A stretch of 64,000 bases of DNA from Minisyncoccota bacterium (GTDB lineage Bacteria; Patescibacteriota; Minisyncoccia; Phycocordibacterales; Phycocordibacteraceae): contig JAGORR010000001.1 of NCBI GenBank assembly GCA_018062765.1, forward strand, positions 356,930 through 420,929, read 5' to 3'. The position numbers and the translations under genes were made by a program. Below, in pieces: positions 42,990 to 51,880 of this stretch (positions within the stretch are counted from its first letter, which is position 1; every line of letters starts with the position of its first letter). A model generated the notes under the pieces. The model was not told the DNA's origin and did not search any database. It worked only from the letters and a program-made list of their open reading frames with translations.

Positions 42990-45731
42990 ATGGAGGGAAC
43001 ACGGCAGCTTACGACTCCCGAGGAGGAGCTTGCCTACTTGCGTGCGCAAGTAGAGGAGAAAGAACGCGAGCTCGCGGGGCGCGCGCAGGAAGCACCGCGC
43101 AACACTCTCGTGCACGAGCGTATCCTTCATCACCGGCGCGAGATGCCAGAGACGGTGCTCGCTCCGTCCTACAAGCTACCTGAAGCTGAAGTGGAAGGCA
43201 TCGCGCTGGATCTCGATCCGGATGATAACGACGCAACGATGGCGGAACTTCAGGGAATCATGGAGGAGAAGGGTATCAAGAATGCGCTCTCGGTCCTTGA
43301 AAAGCTCCGGAATCCGCATCTCGATGACGACTTCCATCGATTCCTGGTGCAGTACGTCGTCGCTGGAATGCAGGTGAAGGGGCTCGGGGAACGGGAACCA
43401 GCATGGAAGGCGCTCCACATGACTCTCTACGAGGTCATCCTTCCGGAGCCCGGCAAGGACTCGGACGCGCGAGAGAAGACCTTGAAGGAACTCATCTCCT
43501 CGATGGAGCAGTTCTATGCAGGCATGCTCTCGGTGGGGGATGCGAGCGCGAGCGAGCCGGGCTATTTCTCGATGGAGCTCGCTGTTCCCGCTAATCGTCC
43601 GGAGCTCCTTTTCTATGTCGCTGTGCCTAACGGCAAGCGCGCGCTCTTTGAGCAGCAGCTCTTGGCAACCTTTCCGAACGCGAACATTCGTCCGCAGCCG
43701 AACGATTACAACATATTCAGCGAGGATGGCGTTGCCGTAGGCGCCTCTGCGACGCTAGCTGACAAAGGCGTGCTTCCTCTCAAGGATTATGCTGATTTCG
43801 ACTACGACCCGTTGAATACGGTTCTGGGTGCCTTCGCGAAGATCGAGAAGGCGAGCGAGGGAGCGGCGCTCCAAGTCATCATCGAGCGCGATACGCACCA
43901 CCTGGAACATTACCGCCGGATACTCGGAGCGCTCCGTCGCGGCGAATCGAAGGATCGTGCGCTCTCGATGCCGGAGACATTCGTGGGCGAGGCCGCGCGC
44001 GAGATCGGGTCAGCGCTCTTCCCGGGCTCACGCAAATGGGAGAACGAAGTTGAGAAGAGAGCCGAAAGGAAAGATGGGAACCAGGCTTTGATTGAGCAGA
44101 TAGAGAAGAAGATCGCAGCTCCCATCGTAAAGACGACGCTCCGTCTCATGGTGTCCTCGCCGACCCACACCCGCGCGGAGTCAGGGCTCGCGGACCTTGA
44201 GGCGGCATTCAATCAGTTCACCAACACCGTAGGCAACAAAATCAACTGGAATCGGTTCTCAGGCACCAAGGTACAGAGCCTTTTCCATGCATTCTCTTAC
44301 CGTTTGCCGGCGAAGGACGCGATACCGCTTTCTCTTCGAGAGGTCACGAGCCTCTACCACTTCCCGCCCGAGGGCATCAGCTCTACGCCGCAACTCCGGC
44401 AGTCGCGCTTCACTGCGGCCGCTGCGCCCTTGGATCTCCCTGACTCGGGGACGTATCTCGGGGATAACGAGTTCCGCGGACGGAAGACTGCGGCATTCCT
44501 GTCGCCGGAGGACCGCATGCGGCACCTCTATGTCGTCGGACAGACGGGAACCGGTAAGTCGGTATTCATGAGGAATCTCGCCATACAGGACATCAAGGCA
44601 GGGAACGGCGTCTGCTTCATCGACCCCCACGGGAACGACATCCTCGATATCCTCGCGGCTGTACCTCCCGAGAGATACGAGGATGTCATCTATTTCGATC
44701 CGGCGAACCTGGCGCGTCCGTTCGGCCTCAACTTGCTTGAATACGATGCGAGCCGCCCAGAGCAGAAAACCTTCATCGTTAATGAGATCCTCGCGATATT
44801 CCGCCGCCTCTACGGGGACGTGCCGGAGTCGATGGGTCCTGCGTTCGAGCAGTACTTCCGCAACTCAACCCTCCTGGTGATGGAGGACCCGGCATCGGGC
44901 TCGACCTTACTCGATATCGCGCGAGTCCTTTCGAACAAGGAGTTCCGCGACCTGAAACTCTCGCGAAGTAATAATCCGGTCATAAACCAGTTCTGGAACG
45001 AGATAGCGACGAAGGCTGAAGGAGAGGCATCGCTTCAAAACATCGTTCCGTACATCACTAACAAGTTCGATGACTTCACCGCGAACGACTTCATGCGGCC
45101 AATCGTCGGGCAGCAGGAATCCTCGTTCAAATTCCGTGAGGTGATGGACAACAAGAAGATACTCCTTGTGAACCTCTCTAAAGGAAGGCTCGGGGAACGA
45201 AACGCCAACCTCCTGGGCCTCATCCTCGTCGGGAAGATATTCATGGCTGCGCTCTCTCGTGCAGATAACCCGAGGGCAGACTACGCGCCGTTCTACCTCT
45301 ATATCGACGAATTCCAGAACATAACTACGGACTCCATACCGGGAATCCTCTCCGAGGCTCGCAAATACCGGCTTTCGCTTACCATGGCGCACCAGTTTCT
45401 GGCGCAGGTGGATGAGAAGGTGCGGGATGCCGTGTTCGGGAACGTCGGCTCCATGGCCGTGTTCCGCGTCGGCGAGGAAGATGGCGAGTACTTCGAGAAG
45501 CAGTTCGCGCCGGTGTTCTCCGCGCTCGATTTCGTGAACATAGAGAATTACAACGCGTACGTCAGACTCCTTGCGCGCGGCGTGCCGCAGAAGCCATTCA
45601 ATATAAAGACGCCGCCACCGGCCGCCACGAACCCTGCGCAGGTGGACGACCTCAGAGAGCTCTCAGCACTCGTCTACGGCCGCGACCGTACACAGGTGGA
45701 AAACCTTATCAGAAGCAGGTACATGTCATAA
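42990..45731 (+). CDS. TraD/VirD4-like FtsK-HerA-superfamily ATPase (type IV coupling-protein-like) with a large soluble N-terminal domain
   Basis: 913 aa. Walker A VVGQTGTGKS. Walker B FYLYIDEFQN. SEARKYRLSLTMAHQFLAQ is typical of the TraD/TraG C-terminal region. I found no N-terminal TM helix. Confidence 0.7.
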   Translation: MEGTRQLTTPEEELAYLRAQVEEKERELAGRAQEAPRNTLVHERILHHRREMPETVLAPSYKLPEAEVEGIALDLDPDDNDATMAELQGIMEEKGIKNALSVLEKLRNPHLDDDFHRFLVQYVVAGMQVKGLGEREPAWKALHMTLYEVILPEPGKDSDAREKTLKELISSMEQFYAGMLSVGDASASEPGYFSMELAVPANRPELLFYVAVPNGKRALFEQQLLATFPNANIRPQPNDYNIFSEDGVAVGASATLADKGVLPLKDYADFDYDPLNTVLGAFAKIEKASEGAALQVIIERDTHHLEHYRRILGALRRGESKDRALSMPETFVGEAAREIGSALFPGSRKWENEVEKRAERKDGNQALIEQIEKKIAAPIVKTTLRLMVSSPTHTRAESGLADLEAAFNQFTNTVGNKINWNRFSGTKVQSLFHAFSYRLPAKDAIPLSLREVTSLYHFPPEGISSTPQLRQSRFTAAAAPLDLPDSGTYLGDNEFRGRKTAAFLSPEDRMRHLYVVGQTGTGKSVFMRNLAIQDIKAGNGVCFIDPHGNDILDILAAVPPERYEDVIYFDPANLARPFGLNLLEYDASRPEQKTFIVNEILAIFRRLYGDVPESMGPAFEQYFRNSTLLVMEDPASGSTLLDIARVLSNKEFRDLKLSRSNNPVINQFWNEIATKAEGEASLQNIVPYITNKFDDFTANDFMRPIVGQQESSFKFREVMDNKKILLVNLSKGRLGERNANLLGLILVGKIFMAALSRADNPRADYAPFYLYIDEFQNITTDSIPGILSEARKYRLSLTMAHQFLAQVDEKVRDAVFGNVGSMAVFRVGEEDGEYFEKQFAPVFSALDFVNIENYNAYVRLLARGVPQKPFNIKTPPPAATNPAQVDDLRELSALVYGRDRTQVENLIRSRYMS

Positions 45732-45743
45732 TCACAGCTATAT

Positions 45744-48700
45744 ATGGCAGGCGAGGGTCCAGGAAACGGTAATGGCAGCAAGCTCGCGGAGCAGCTTGCG
45801 AAACTCGTCGAGCAGAAAGGCCTTCAAGGGATGGCAGTCGCTGATGCTGGTGAGGAACAGGTGCCTGCTCAAGTTGCCACCCCCGCTGTTGTTGAACAGC
45901 ATGAAGTGCCCGTTTCCAGCTACGATGAGGCAGCGGTCTCGAAAGCGCACAAGCGATTCACCGCGCTCATAAGGGGGCTTGAGAAACACCCCGAGATACA
46001 GGTACGTCCTGATGCGCTTGCGAGCCTGAAGACGGCATTCGATGCTATGGGTAAGGCAAAAGGCAGGCTGAAGGCTATGGATGACGCGAATGAAGTGAAT
46101 CACGAACGCCGTAAGAAACAGTTGGATATCATCCAGGCATCGTTTTCCGTGATATTCGGAGAAATCGGAAACGAAGTATCCGAAGGGCTGCGCCCGGTCG
46201 ATGGGACTGCGACAGGAAGGAACGAGGCCACTTCGCGCGACGAAGTGGATACGCGCTACTATCCGCTCGCAGATGAGATTTTCGCAAAGGGGTATAACCC
46301 GAATGAGCTCGAATCGTGGCGAAACATCGCTAAGCGAGTCAAAAGGCCGATTCCAGGAAAGCCTTACAACCCGGGGATATCGCTTACTGATCGCGAGATA
46401 CGCGCGGTTCGCGCCGAACTTGCCAAACTCGAGCAGAAGGACCCGATAGTGCTTCCGACTAAAGCTGCGTCAGAACCAGCACCGCAAGTGCCGCGCGAGC
46501 GGGCACGAAAGCCAAAGCGATCGGAAAAGGATCGCGAGTCACGCGCGATTCGCGATGAACCAAGCATATACGACTCACCTGGCCCGATGCGCCGTACCGA
46601 CATGGACCGCATTGATCCTGCGGTCGTATCAGGGGTAGTTGGAACGTTTGACACGAATGCTCCTGATACGGTTACGGAGCCTTCTGGAGCGGATGCCGCC
46701 TCTGAACTCGACGTCGAGCCTGCTATTCACGACAGCACGCCGAGGCTCCCTGCGGATAAGTTCAAGGATGCGACCCCGAAGAGCGTACGCGAGAGTCTGC
46801 GCCGTTCGATACTGAGTATCAAAGAGCTGCCGCCTACGGAAATGCCAGCCGGGGCTATCGATACCTTGCCGCCTGACCTCGGGTTGAGAACCACTACTCC
46901 CGCAAGAGCGGAAGCGCTGAGGTCCGTAGTCACCCCGCCCGGATCGATAGACACGCTTCCTCCGGTCATCGATACTGCGCCGCAAGCATCTGCAGCCCCA
47001 GAGCCTGTGCTGGTTGCGGAGGTAGATCCGGACGCCGCTGATGCGGCACTTGCGCACGCCGTGTTCCCGAGTGCGTCAACGGAAGGTGTAGCAAATCTTC
47101 CCGCAGTGGTGAATTCGGAAGCTACGCCTACATGGCAGCCGCTCTCGGAGCAAGGTCTCACGCAAGAAGAACTTGTGCATCGGCGTGCTGAGCGCCGTGT
47201 GCAGATTGGCGTCGAGGCTGGCCTTACACAGGAGCTTGGCGACATGTACAACGCACGCGAAGCGTACCTCACTGCGTACCGGGCATTTTATGCGAATAAC
47301 AACCTGGCTGCGCGCGCTGCAGTACAGGCAACGAATTCCACCGAGTGGCAGAACTTGAAGCGACTTGAGGCTGCCTCGGCGACAGCAAGCCTTGCATACC
47401 AGCAAGCACTCGAGCGTTCCGCGACGGAACGGCTAACGGCTAACGCGCCTGAGCGCGAGGCGCTGCTACGTGCAAAGGGAGAGGCCAGGTACCTACTTCT
47501 TGTCGGCGTCGGCTGGAATGCGCCGCGGTACGAAGACGGCCGGCTGATGTCTAAAGAGGACTACGTGAACCAGTACATGACGCAGTACCAGGGCCGCGTA
47601 CTCGATCGCTACATGTCTACTATTGCGTGGCGCGAAGTCACAGCCGGGAACGAGAACGCACGCATCGAGACTCGTGCGGAGGCGCTAGGAGCAAAACAAC
47701 GCAACGTCTTCGATAGGATGCGCTCGTTGGTCCAGGCAACGAACCAGGGACTCGAACGGACGCTTACTCCGACGGGCGCTCGCGCATTCCGTATCGTCGC
47801 AGCTGCGGGCGTCGGTACCGTGCTTGGCGGGTGGGCAGCAGGTGCGATGCGTGGTGCCTCGGTTATCGCAGGTATGCTCACTGGCTCCACCGCGGGTGCG
47901 GCAGCAGGCTCCTTGTTCCAGCGTCTCGTGGGTGCGCGCCGGGCAGCTGCCGTTGATACTGTGCGACACTCGCGTATCACAAGTGCCGCAGACTTAACAG
48001 CGGCAGCTGCTGCGTTCCGCAAGGGTGACGCTGCGCAAATAGCAGCTACGCGAAGGCGTTGGGAGATGGGCGTCGCGCTCGGCGTCGCCTTCCTTACGGC
48101 ACGTTCTATGCCGGGACTAGAGCCCGTCGTTACTAGCTCCCTTAGCGATTTGAGGCGCATCGGCGGAGAGATTATGGGAACAGGCGAGAGCGCCGGCGCG
48201 ACAGCGGCCGTACCCACTGGTGGCGAGTCAGCGTCGCCTTCGTCAGCGGTCACGGGAGGCGCTGGCGGCAGTGAAGGCCAGTCTGCGCCTGTCGCCGGGG
48301 GTGAGAGCGGTACGGGAAGCGGAGCACCAAGAGCAGGCGGTGAAGGCTCCGGGGGCGCAGCTCCGCTCGACTCATCCGTGCCGCCACCTGCGAACAATCC
48401 AGGCCCTGCGGGGAGTCCCTTCGGACGCATTCCGGTACCGACGGATTCCGTTCCGCAGGCGGACGCTATCGGGGGATTCGCTCGTGAGTCGGCGATAATC
48501 TCGGGCGGTAACGGAGGTGACGCCGTGTCGAGTGAAGGACTCGACGATATGCGCGCAGTTGCGGCCGAAGTGCGCGGCACCTCGACAGAATACGTGGCAC
48601 GTTCAGGTGACGGCGGCATTAAGCTCGTCGAAGGTCTCCAGCAGCAGCTTGCGCGCGAGGGCATCACTGAGACGACACCAGGCATTTCAGCTATGACGCG

Positions 48701-49547
48701 TGAGATAGCATCGGCTGATACGAATGCGGAAGCCGAGGCAGTCGCGAAGAAATACGGACTCTACAAGCCAGGGGTCACCGATGAGAGTGCAGCAATCGGT
48801 AAGGAAGCTCGAATCAGGATAGACGGAGAGAAGCTCGTGCTTACGGACGCAAAAGGCGAGGCAGTTTTCATAGACGAGAAGAATCCATATAGCGGAAAGA
48901 TGTTTGATAGCAATCCACCACCTCCTGTTCGTGAGATTCCACCGGAAACAAGGGCTTCCGGTGAACGCGTAGCTCCAAGTGAGGCGCCACCACCTGCTCA
49001 AAGAGAAGTAGTCTCGAGCGCAGGACAAGAGCAGATAGTTCCAAGAGAGGAGCCTCCTCGAGTAGCTGGTCAAACGAAGTCCTATTGGGACATGACAGAA
49101 GTCGAGAAGACGCAGCACCTGAACCGACTCTCGATAGCGGACGCGCGACAGGCACGTCTCGATTGGGAGGACTACGCACGTAAGTATGACGCGTATCTCG
49201 AAGAGGTGGCACGCGAGAGGGGAGTTCCTGCAGCCGCGGTTGTGGGAAGTGCTCCCGTCGCGTCCCCCGCTGCCATCGAACGCGATCTTCAACCGGTACG
49301 TGTAGACGCCTCACCAACGCCTGCGTCAGAACCTGCGCCTTCGGCGGCAAAACCCGCACCAGAGCCAGTTCGTCCTGTACCGTCTCCGGAAGGACCACCG
49401 CGCGATACCATTTCTACCGACGAAGCGATCCGTCAATTCGGCGATCCGCAGGCAGCGGCGTCACGAGGAGCAACGCCGACGCCAGCAGCGAGCGAGTCGA
49501 TAACCACGGACGAGGCTATTAACCAGCTTCGTGCGCAGAAGAAGTAA
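45744..49547 (+). CDS. giant low-complexity Ala/Pro/Gly-rich protein with central TM cluster
   Basis: 1267-aa ORF starting 12 nt after the ATPase stop. Coiled-coil N-terminus. IDTLPP repeats. Hydrophobic Gly/Ala segments (FRIVAAAGVGTVLGGWAAGA...). Pro-rich tail with repeated (S/T)TDEAI(R/N)Q. Confidence 0.7.
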   Translation: MAGEGPGNGNGSKLAEQLAKLVEQKGLQGMAVADAGEEQVPAQVATPAVVEQHEVPVSSYDEAAVSKAHKRFTALIRGLEKHPEIQVRPDALASLKTAFDAMGKAKGRLKAMDDANEVNHERRKKQLDIIQASFSVIFGEIGNEVSEGLRPVDGTATGRNEATSRDEVDTRYYPLADEIFAKGYNPNELESWRNIAKRVKRPIPGKPYNPGISLTDREIRAVRAELAKLEQKDPIVLPTKAASEPAPQVPRERARKPKRSEKDRESRAIRDEPSIYDSPGPMRRTDMDRIDPAVVSGVVGTFDTNAPDTVTEPSGADAASELDVEPAIHDSTPRLPADKFKDATPKSVRESLRRSILSIKELPPTEMPAGAIDTLPPDLGLRTTTPARAEALRSVVTPPGSIDTLPPVIDTAPQASAAPEPVLVAEVDPDAADAALAHAVFPSASTEGVANLPAVVNSEATPTWQPLSEQGLTQEELVHRRAERRVQIGVEAGLTQELGDMYNAREAYLTAYRAFYANNNLAARAAVQATNSTEWQNLKRLEAASATASLAYQQALERSATERLTANAPEREALLRAKGEARYLLLVGVGWNAPRYEDGRLMSKEDYVNQYMTQYQGRVLDRYMSTIAWREVTAGNENARIETRAEALGAKQRNVFDRMRSLVQATNQGLERTLTPTGARAFRIVAAAGVGTVLGGWAAGAMRGASVIAGMLTGSTAGAAAGSLFQRLVGARRAAAVDTVRHSRITSAADLTAAAAAFRKGDAAQIAATRRRWEMGVALGVAFLTARSMPGLEPVVTSSLSDLRRIGGEIMGTGESAGATAAVPTGGESASPSSAVTGGAGGSEGQSAPVAGGESGTGSGAPRAGGEGSGGAAPLDSSVPPPANNPGPAGSPFGRIPVPTDSVPQADAIGGFARESAIISGGNGGDAVSSEGLDDMRAVAAEVRGTSTEYVARSGDGGIKLVEGLQQQLAREGITETTPGISAMTREIASADTNAEAEAVAKKYGLYKPGVTDESAAIGKEARIRIDGEKLVLTDAKGEAVFIDEKNPYSGKMFDSNPPPPVREIPPETRASGERVAPSEAPPPAQREVVSSAGQEQIVPREEPPRVAGQTKSYWDMTEVEKTQHLNRLSIADARQARLDWEDYARKYDAYLEEVARERGVPAAAVVGSAPVASPAAIERDLQPVRVDASPTPASEPAPSAAKPAPEPVRPVPSPEGPPRDTISTDEAIRQFGDPQAAASRGATPTPAASESITTDEAINQLRAQKK

Positions 49548-49574
49548 TAGTTTCGCATTGTAACAACCTGAAGT

Positions 49575-49859
49575 ATGGATACTCACACAAACGGAGCACT
49601 CGATATCGGCTCGCTTCCACCCGATGAGCAGGAGGAGGTTCTCCTTACTGCCGGAGACCTTATCATGAAGGAATCCCTAGTGCGGCTCGCGGAGCAGATG
49701 GATGATGCGACCGCAACCGAATTCGATGCGCTCCTCACTAAGGGCGCGAGCGAAGAAGAGATAGCAGCCTTCATACAGACTCGTGTGCCTGGTGCGGACG
49801 TTGCTATGAAGGGCTCCGTTGACGATGTGCAGGGTGCTATACTCGGGGACAAGCCTTAA
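49575..49859 (+). CDS. hypothetical small acidic protein
   Basis: 94 aa, acidic. Same strand as the giant ORF and close behind it. Confidence 0.5.
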   Translation: MDTHTNGALDIGSLPPDEQEEVLLTAGDLIMKESLVRLAEQMDDATATEFDALLTKGASEEEIAAFIQTRVPGADVAMKGSVDDVQGAILGDKP

Positions 49860-49871
49860 TACACATAGCGT

Positions 49872-50363
49872 ATGAATGTCACTGGTACCGGAGTAGCTGT
49901 CGCCCTCGCGGTCGTCTTTGCTCTCGGATTCCTGTTCTTCGGCCCCGCCATACTTACTCCGTCAGCAGTCATTTCTCCCCCTGTCACTATGAATTCAGAA
50001 GAAAACCTAGCAGCTTACGCAGATGTGCTGCCGACCGAGCTCACCGTAACCGATCTGAGTGTCGGGGAAGGCGCTGAGGCTGCGAGCGGCGACCTTATCT
50101 CCGTGAATTACATAGGAGCGTTCCCGGATAACACGATATTCGATGCGTCCGCAAGCCACGGCGGCCCCTTCACGTTCCGTCTTGGCGTGGATTCAGTCAT
50201 CCAAGGATGGCAGAAGGGACTCGTCGGGATGAAGGAGGGAGGTACGCGTATCCTTATCATTCCACCCCATGAGGGATACGGACCTGACGGATACGGCTCC
50301 ATTCCGCCAAACGCGACGCTCATCTTCAAGGTCGAACTCGTAAAAGTTGAAAAAGCTCAGTAG
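49872..50363 (+). CDS. FKBP-type peptidyl-prolyl cis-trans isomerase (membrane-anchored)
   Basis: 163 aa. FKBP core is VNYIGAF.DNTIFDAS......FRLG...VIQGWQKGLVGMKEGGTRILIIPP..GYG. Confidence 0.9.
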   Translation: MNVTGTGVAVALAVVFALGFLFFGPAILTPSAVISPPVTMNSEENLAAYADVLPTELTVTDLSVGEGAEAASGDLISVNYIGAFPDNTIFDASASHGGPFTFRLGVDSVIQGWQKGLVGMKEGGTRILIIPPHEGYGPDGYGSIPPNATLIFKVELVKVEKAQ

Positions 50364-50386
50364 CTTTCGAACATAGTATAAAAAGT

Positions 50387-50414
50387 AAGCGCCGGAGATT
50401 TCTCTCCGGCGCTT
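50387..50414. terminator. bidirectional terminator hairpin
   Basis: AAGCGCCGGAGA-tttc-TCTCCGGCGCTT. Confidence 0.65.
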
Positions 50415-50446
50415 GTAGTTTCCCACGAAGGGATGGTTGTCTCGGT

Positions 50447-51175
50447 TCAGTCCCGGATGGGATCCTGATACCGCTGTTCGACCTGGACTAGGCGGCCGTT
50501 CGCTTCGACGTAGCCGACGAAGGACGGGCACCATTCTCCCATCGCGTCGAGCCAGATGTCGTTCTGGGCGAACCAGAACCGCGACATGGCGAGCCACATG
50601 CTGTTCTGCATGTCGTACCCATCCAACATCGTGTTGTACATCATCTGGTTGGAGAGCGACGGAATCACACTGCCCAAGAGGTAGGTGGCGCCATAGTCGG
50701 CACCAAACGCACTCCAGGCCTGGATTCCGCCGGCAACCACCGAGCCGATGGTCACGATGTTGCTCGTGTCGCGCTGGGACTTGGCCTTCAGCTGGAAGGC
50801 CTCGATGTGATCCGCCTGACGGCGGAGCTCAGCGAGCCACAGGCGCTGCAACTCGATGCGGCCACAGGCGCGCACCACCTGCGGGATGTGATACCGCAGG
50901 TCGCGTTCGCCGAACTGTTCTATCGCGTAGCGGGTCGACAGGAAGGTCTGACGACCCAAGTCGTCAGTCTTTTCGGTCAGAGGCGCGATGTTCGGGGGCA
51001 GATTGCCCTCGTAGTACATGCCACGACCATCGAGGTTCGCATGGATCGACGCGTTCTGGACGCGCGCTTCGAAGTCAGCCGTCCGTTCCAGTGGTGCGAT
51101 TCCCTGACGGGAAGCGCATGCGCTGAGCGGAACGACGATCGCCATGGCGAGTGCCACGGCACGGAAGATACGCAT
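50447..51175 (-). CDS. hypothetical lipoprotein (long paralogue)
   Basis: 242 aa. Lipobox VVPLSAC. Shares N- and C-terminal blocks with the 51370..51729 gene. Confidence 0.65.
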   Translation of the reverse strand: MRIFRAVALAMAIVVPLSACASRQGIAPLERTADFEARVQNASIHANLDGRGMYYEGNLPPNIAPLTEKTDDLGRQTFLSTRYAIEQFGERDLRYHIPQVVRACGRIELQRLWLAELRRQADHIEAFQLKAKSQRDTSNIVTIGSVVAGGIQAWSAFGADYGATYLLGSVIPSLSNQMMYNTMLDGYDMQNSMWLAMSRFWFAQNDIWLDAMGEWCPSFVGYVEANGRLVQVEQRYQDPIRD

Positions 51176-51266
51176 GTCAGTGCCCTCCTCGGGCGTTTCA
51201 GTTGATTGGTTTCAGTTTCGGAAGGGAATTGGCTCAGATGAGCCTCCTCCGGCACTCCTGCAGTCA

Positions 51267-51294
51267 AATATACATGATTATAGTAGCTTGTCAA
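51267..51294 (-). promoter_or_regulatory. sigma70-like promoter (TTGACA-16 nt-TATATT)
   Basis: Minus strand reads cTTGACAagctactataatcatgTATATTtg, upstream of the lipoprotein gene. Confidence 0.5.
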
Positions 51295-51320
51295 GCTCAT
51301 GATCGTCGCTGGAAAAGTAA

Positions 51321-51349
51321 AAGGCGCCGAGGGGTTTCCTCGGCGCCTT
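51321..51349 (-). terminator. intrinsic terminator after the short lipoprotein paralogue
   Basis: Minus strand reads AAGGCGCCGAGG-aaacc-CCTCGGCGCCTT-TTacTTTT. Confidence 0.65.
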
Positions 51350-51369
51350 GTTTGCGCGGCTGTCGTCGC

Positions 51370-51729
51370 TTATTCGTCGACGATGGCGCCGTGCTTGTCG
51401 ATCCACATGGTGAAGAGCGAGCACCAGGCGGCCATCTCGCCGAGCTGCGTGTGCTGCCTGTCGCCGAACCAGAACCGGTTCAGCTAATGCCAATGCGCGT
51501 TCTGTGCGCATTCCTGCTTCATCGCGGCGACGCGGATGCGGACGGCGTTCTCGCCGAACGTGGCGCTCGCGGCATCGGTTCGGACGAAGAGCAGGCGGCC
51601 GAGGTCATCGGTCTGCACGGTCGCCGGCAGGATGTTCGGCGGCAACGGGCCTTCATAGGTCGGAGCCGCCGAAGAACAGCCGATCAGCATGAGCGCACAG
51701 GCGGCGCTTAACAACAGTTTGCGGGCCAT
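51370..51729 (-). pseudogene. short lipoprotein paralogue interrupted by an in-frame TAG (stop at 51484..51486)
   Basis: ATG 51729 follows GAAGGAGG. Lipobox LMLIGCSS. After ..AQNAHWH the TAG is followed in the same frame by LNRFWFGDRQHTQLGEMAAWCSLF... This aligns without gaps to QNSMWLAMSRFWFAQNDIWLDAMGEWCPSF of the long paralogue. Confidence 0.6.
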
Positions 51730-51880
51730 AAGGCCTCCTTCAGGCTTGGGTTGCCGGGCACTTGTGCCCGTGGTCTTAGAACGTAAAACCGTGAGTGATA
51801 ATGAACTTATTACTGAATATGTCAAGTCTTCATGGCAGTCGCGGCTTGCCGTTTACGCCCGTCGCCCGTAGGCTTTTTAG

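Noticed and set aside
50440-51830. Possible horizontally acquired GC-rich islet carrying the two lipoprotein genes.
   Set aside because: A hand count of one 60-nt line gave 62% GC against 58% in a gyrA line. That difference is too small, and the sampling too thin, to support a claim.
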